Part shown: positions 16,820-20,853 of the stretch, piece after piece
Layout: the number at the start of each line of letters is the position of its first letter
Numbering within the stretch: position 1 is the stretch's first letter
IMG/VR virus record: IMGVR_UViG_2636415477_000002
Coordinates: 1-20,853 of that record
Reading direction: 5' to 3' (one strand)
DNA length: 20,853 nucleotides
DNA from: a virus
Lineage: Duplodnaviria; Heunggongvirae; Uroviricota; Caudoviricetes
Program-made: the position numbers and the translations under genes
Notes under the pieces: generated by a model
What the model saw: the letters and a program-made list of their open reading frames with translations, nothing else
Told to the model about the DNA's origin: nothing
Databases searched by the model: none

Positions 16820-19800
16820 ATGGGTAAAGGCAGCAGTAAGGGGCATACCCCGCGCGAAGCGAAGGACAACCTGAAATCATCCCAGATGCTGAGCGTGATA
16901 GACGCCATCAGTGAAGGGCCGATTGAAGGTCCGGTGGACGGATTAAAAAGTGTGCTGCTGAACAGTACGCCAGTGCTGGACAGTGAGGGGAATACCAATA
17001 TCTCCGGTGTCACGGTGGTTTTCCGGGCAGGTGAGCAGGAGCAGACACCGCCGGAGGGATTTGAATCCTCCGGCTCCGAGACGGTGCTGGGTACGGAAGT
17101 GAAGTACGACACGCCGATTACCCGGACCATCACGTCTGCAAACATCGACCGTCTGCGCTTTACCTTCGGTGTGCAGGCACTGGTGGAAACCACCTCAAAG
17201 GGGGACCGGAATCCGTCGGAAGTCCGCCTGCTGGTTCAGATACAGCGTAACGGTGGCTGGGTGACGGAAAAAGACATCACCATTAAAGGCAAAACCACCT
17301 CACAGTATCTGGCCTCGGTGGTGGTGGGTAACCTGCCGCCGCGCCCGTTCAATATCCGGATGCGCAGGATGACGCCGGACAGCACCACAGACCAGCTGCA
17401 GAACAAAACGCTCTGGTCGTCATACACCGAAATCATCGATGTGAAACAGTGCTACCCGAACACGGCACTGGTCGGCGTACAGGTGGATTCGGAGCAGTTC
17501 GGCAGCCAGCAGGTGAGCCGTAATTATCATCTGCGCGGGCGTATTCTGCAGGTGCCGTCGAACTATAACCCGCAGACGCGGCAATACAGCGGTATCTGGG
17601 ACGGAACGTTTAAGCCAGCATACAGCAATAACATGGCCTGGTGTCTGTGGGATATGCTGACCCATCCACGCTACGGCATGGGGAAACGTCTTGGTGCGGC
17701 GGATGTGGACAAATGGGCGCTGTATGTCATCGGCCAGTACTGCGACCAGTCAGTGCCGGACGGCTTTGGCGGCACGGAGCCGCGCATCACCTGTAATGCG
17801 TACCTGACCACACAGCGCAAGGCGTGGGATGTGCTCAGTGATTTCTGCTCGGCGATGCGCTGTATGCCGGTATGGAACGGGCAGACGCTGACGTTCGTGC
17901 AGGACCGACCGTCGGATAAGGTGTGGACCTATAACCGCAGTAATGTGGTGATGCCGGATGATGGCGCGCCGTTCCGCTACAGTTTCAGCGCCCTGAAAGA
18001 CCGCCATAATGCCGTTGAGGTGAACTGGATTGACCCGAACAACGGCTGGGAGACGGCGACAGAGCTTGTGGAGGATACGCAGGCCATTGCCCGTTACGGT
18101 CGTAACGTCACGAAGATGGATGCTTTTGGCTGTACCAGCCGGGGGCAGGCACACCGCGCCGGGCTGTGGCTGATTAAAACAGAACTGCTGGAAACGCAGA
18201 CCGTGGACTTCTGCGTGGGCGCAGAAGGGCTTCGCCATGTACCGGGCGATGTCATTGAAATCTGTGATGATGACTATGCCGGTATCAGCATCGGCGGGCG
18301 CGTGCTGGCGGTAAACAGCCAGACCCGGACGCTGACGCTCGACCGTGAAATCACGCTGCCATCCTCCGGTACCACGCTGATAAGCCTGGTTGACGGAAGT
18401 GGCAATCCGATCAGCGTGGAGGTTCAGTCCGTCACCGACGGCGTGAAGGTGAAAGTGAGCCGTGTTCCTGACGGTGTTGCTGAATACAGCGTGTGGGGGC
18501 TGAAGCTGCCGACGCTGCGCCAGCGCCTGTTCCGCTGCGTGAGTATCCGTGAGAACGACGACGGCACGTATGCCATCACCGCCGTGCAGCATGTACCGGA
18601 AAAAGAGGCCATCGTGGATAACGGGGCGTACTTTGACGGCGACCAGAGCGGCACGGTGAATGGTGTCACGCCGCCAGCGGTGCAGCACCTGACCGCCGAA
18701 GTCACCGCAGACAGCGGGGAATATCAGGTGCTGGCGCGCTGGGACACGCCGAAGGTGGTGAAGGGCGTGAGCTTCCTGCTCCGTCTGACCGTAACAGCGG
18801 ATGACGGCAGTGAGCGGCTGGTCAGCACGGCCCGGACGACGGAAACCACATACCGCTTCAGGCAACTGGCGCTGGGGAACTACAGGCTGACAGTCCGGGC
18901 GGTAAATGCGTGGGGGCAGCAGGGCGATCCGGCGTCGGTATCGTTCCGGATTGCCGCACCGGCAGCACCGTCGAGGATTGAGCTGACGCCGGGCTATTTT
19001 CAGATAACCGCCACGCCGCATCTTGCCGTTTATGACCCGACGGTACAGTTTGAGTTCTGGTTCTCGGAAAAGCGGATTACCGATATCAGGCAGGTTGAAA
19101 CCACAGCCCGCTATCTTGGTACGGCGCTGTACTGGATAGCCGCCAGTATCAATATCAAACCGGGCCATGATTATTACTTTTATATCCGCAGTGTGAACAC
19201 CGTTGGCAAATCGGCATTCGTGGAGGCCGTCGGTCGGGCGAGCGATGATGCGGAAGGTTACCTGGATTTTTTCAAAGGCAAGATAACCGAATCCCATCTC
19301 GGCAAGGAGCTGCTGGAAAAAGTCGAGCTGACGGAGGATAACGCCAGCAGACTGGAGGAGTTTTCGAAAGAGTGGAAGGACGCCAACGATAAGTGGAATG
19401 CCATGTGGGGCGTCAAAATTGAGCAGACCAAAGACGGCAAACATTATGTCGCGGGTATTGGCCTCAGCATGGAGGACACGGAGGAAGGCAAACTGAGTCA
19501 GTTTCTGGTTGCCGCTAACCGTATCGCATTTATTGACCCGGCAAACGGGAATGAAACGCCGATGTTTGTGGCGCAGGGCAATCAGATATTCATGAACGAC
19601 GTGTTCCTGAAGCGCCTGACGGCCCCCACCATTACCAGTGGTGGCAGTCCTCCGGTATTTTCCCTGACATCAGACGGAAAGCTGACCGCTAAAAATGCGG
19701 ATATCAGTGGCAGTGTGAATGCGAACGCCGGGACGCTCAACAATGTCACGGTAAATGAAAACTGTACGATTAAGGGCATGCTGGAGGCGACTCAGGTCAG

Positions 19801-20233
19801 AGGTGACTTCGTTAAAGCTGTATCCAAATCATTTCCGAAACAGGCTGGTACGTGGGGTAACACGGAAACACCAAACGGGACGGTTACAGTCACCATCAGC
19901 GATGATCATAACTTTGACCGTCAAATCATTATTCCGCCCATTATCTTTAACGGAATAGCGTATAGCGATCCGGGAAGTGGTAATAACCCGGGAGGTACAA
20001 GATACACGGGTTATGGTTTTGAAGTTCGCAAAAACGGTGTATTAATCGCATCCAGAGAAACTAAAGGGGCCATTCCCGGTAGCTACAGTGCGGTTATTGA
20101 TATGCCGAGTGGCAGGGGAAGCGTCACTCTGGAGTTTAAGGTTTTCCATAAAGGCAATCAGTGGGCAGGTAATATCACCGACTGTACGGTGATTGTGACC
20201 AAAAAAGCCGCTTCCGGCATCAGTATTCGTTGA
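16820..20233 (+). CDS. J: Tail tip / host-specificity protein J (central tail fibre)
   Basis: 1137 aa; the first roughly 985 residues are near-identical to lambda gpJ as I recall it; the last roughly 150 residues diverge. GAGGAA precedes the start. Confidence 0.97.
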   Translation: MGKGSSKGHTPREAKDNLKSSQMLSVIDAISEGPIEGPVDGLKSVLLNSTPVLDSEGNTNISGVTVVFRAGEQEQTPPEGFESSGSETVLGTEVKYDTPITRTITSANIDRLRFTFGVQALVETTSKGDRNPSEVRLLVQIQRNGGWVTEKDITIKGKTTSQYLASVVVGNLPPRPFNIRMRRMTPDSTTDQLQNKTLWSSYTEIIDVKQCYPNTALVGVQVDSEQFGSQQVSRNYHLRGRILQVPSNYNPQTRQYSGIWDGTFKPAYSNNMAWCLWDMLTHPRYGMGKRLGAADVDKWALYVIGQYCDQSVPDGFGGTEPRITCNAYLTTQRKAWDVLSDFCSAMRCMPVWNGQTLTFVQDRPSDKVWTYNRSNVVMPDDGAPFRYSFSALKDRHNAVEVNWIDPNNGWETATELVEDTQAIARYGRNVTKMDAFGCTSRGQAHRAGLWLIKTELLETQTVDFCVGAEGLRHVPGDVIEICDDDYAGISIGGRVLAVNSQTRTLTLDREITLPSSGTTLISLVDGSGNPISVEVQSVTDGVKVKVSRVPDGVAEYSVWGLKLPTLRQRLFRCVSIRENDDGTYAITAVQHVPEKEAIVDNGAYFDGDQSGTVNGVTPPAVQHLTAEVTADSGEYQVLARWDTPKVVKGVSFLLRLTVTADDGSERLVSTARTTETTYRFRQLALGNYRLTVRAVNAWGQQGDPASVSFRIAAPAAPSRIELTPGYFQITATPHLAVYDPTVQFEFWFSEKRITDIRQVETTARYLGTALYWIAASINIKPGHDYYFYIRSVNTVGKSAFVEAVGRASDDAEGYLDFFKGKITESHLGKELLEKVELTEDNASRLEEFSKEWKDANDKWNAMWGVKIEQTKDGKHYVAGIGLSMEDTEEGKLSQFLVAANRIAFIDPANGNETPMFVAQGNQIFMNDVFLKRLTAPTITSGGSPPVFSLTSDGKLTAKNADISGSVNANAGTLNNVTVNENCTIKGMLEATQVRGDFVKAVSKSFPKQAGTWGNTETPNGTVTVTISDDHNFDRQIIIPPIIFNGIAYSDPGSGNNPGGTRYTGYGFEVRKNGVLIASRETKGAIPGSYSAVIDMPSGRGSVTLEFKVFHKGNQWAGNITDCTVIVTKKAASGISIR

Positions 20234-20253
20234 AATTGTTATAACCCATATAA

Positions 20254-20278
20254 GGGCACCAGAAATGGTGCCTTTTTT
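20254..20278 (+). terminator. Rho-independent terminator downstream of J
   Basis: GGGCACC / loop AGAAAT / GGTGCC followed by TTTTTT. Confidence 0.65.
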
Positions 20279-20302
20279 ATTGCAGAAAAGCGAGAGGTAA
20301 TT

Positions 20303-20853
20303 ATGCGTAAACTTTATGCCGCCATTTTGTCCGCAGCCATCTGTCTGGCCGTATCCGGTGCGCCTGCATGGGCGTCTGAGCAGCAGGCCACGCTGAGTGC
20401 GGGGTATCTTCATGCCCTGACGAACACTACCGGTAGTGATGATCTGAACGGGATTAACGTGAAATACCGTTATGAATTTACGGACACGCTGGGGCTGATT
20501 ACGTCATTCAGTTATGCCAATGCTGAAGGTGAGCAAAAAACGCACTACAACGATACCCGCTGGCATGAGGATTCTGTGCGTAACCGCTGGTTCAGCGTGA
20601 TGGCGGGGCCATCTGTGCGCGTGAATGAATGGTTCAGCGCTTATGCGCTGGCCGGAGTGTCGTATGCCCGGGTGTCGTCTTTTGCCGGTGATTATGTGAC
20701 CCTCACGTCAGATGAGGGTAAAAAGCAGGAGCACCTGACCCGTTCGGACAGCGGACGCCGCAGCCATACCGCACTGACATACAGTGCAGGCGTGCAGATT
20801 AACCCGACAGAAAATATCGTGGTCGACCTGGCTTATGAAGCCTCAGGACGCGG
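20303..20853 (+). CDS. lom: Lom outer-membrane protein (Ail/Lom/PagC family beta-barrel), 3' end beyond the window
   Basis: N-terminal signal peptide MRKLYAAILSAAICLAVSGAPAWA; LSAGYLHA, NGINVKYRYEFTDTLGL-TSFSYA, WHEDSVRNRWFSVMAGPSVRVNEWFSAYA match lambda Lom. Partial. Confidence 0.93.
   Translation, partial: MRKLYAAILSAAICLAVSGAPAWASEQQATLSAGYLHALTNTTGSDDLNGINVKYRYEFTDTLGLITSFSYANAEGEQKTHYNDTRWHEDSVRNRWFSVMAGPSVRVNEWFSAYALAGVSYARVSSFAGDYVTLTSDEGKKQEHLTRSDSGRRSHTALTYSAGVQINPTENIVVDLAYEASGR

Larger units (their letters stand above)
1..20853. mobile_element. Lambda-like phage or prophage late region (lysis end, cos, packaging, head and tail genes, lom moron)
   Basis: Gene order and protein sequences are collinear with phage lambda Rz through lom; a lambda-type cos site lies between the lysis and terminase genes. 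Confidence 0.95.

Noticed and set aside
17750-19444. A 564-aa ORF on the minus strand inside J
   Set aside because: It is codon-aligned antisense to J, where stops are avoided because the sense strand rarely uses TTA, CTA or TCA codons. The translation is R/H/P/G-rich and low-complexity-like with no recognisable domain, and it lies entirely within a strongly supported gene.
1-20853. Search for integrase, attachment site, tRNA, CRISPR array, or defence/anti-defence gene cluster
   Set aside because: None seen. The window is filled by collinear late genes with short intergenic gaps; the only non-core coding capacity is the small ORFs around Rz and lom.

Overview
This window is the late (lysis end, packaging, head, tail) region of a lambda-like siphovirus genome or prophage, almost certainly from an enterobacterial host. 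All major genes are on the + strand in lambda order: Rz/Rz1 spanins, a cos site with the lambda-type 12-nt cohesive end, terminase nu1/A, W, portal B, protease C with nested scaffold Nu3, D, major capsid E, FI, FII, Z, U, V, G and the G-T frameshift fusion, tape measure H, M, L, K, I, J and the start of lom. Calls rest on my reading of the translated ORFs against lambda proteins as I remember them; I ran no searches, so identity levels are qualitative. I did not find a clear novel multi-gene system (no defence island, CRISPR array, tRNA or integrase). The features most worth a second look are two small unrecognised ORFs flanking Rz (9-140 and 639-863), a triplicated motif in the Nu3 scaffold region of gene C, and a replaced C-terminal receptor-binding region of J. 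Sequence similarity to lambda appears uneven along the window, consistent with lambdoid mosaicism.
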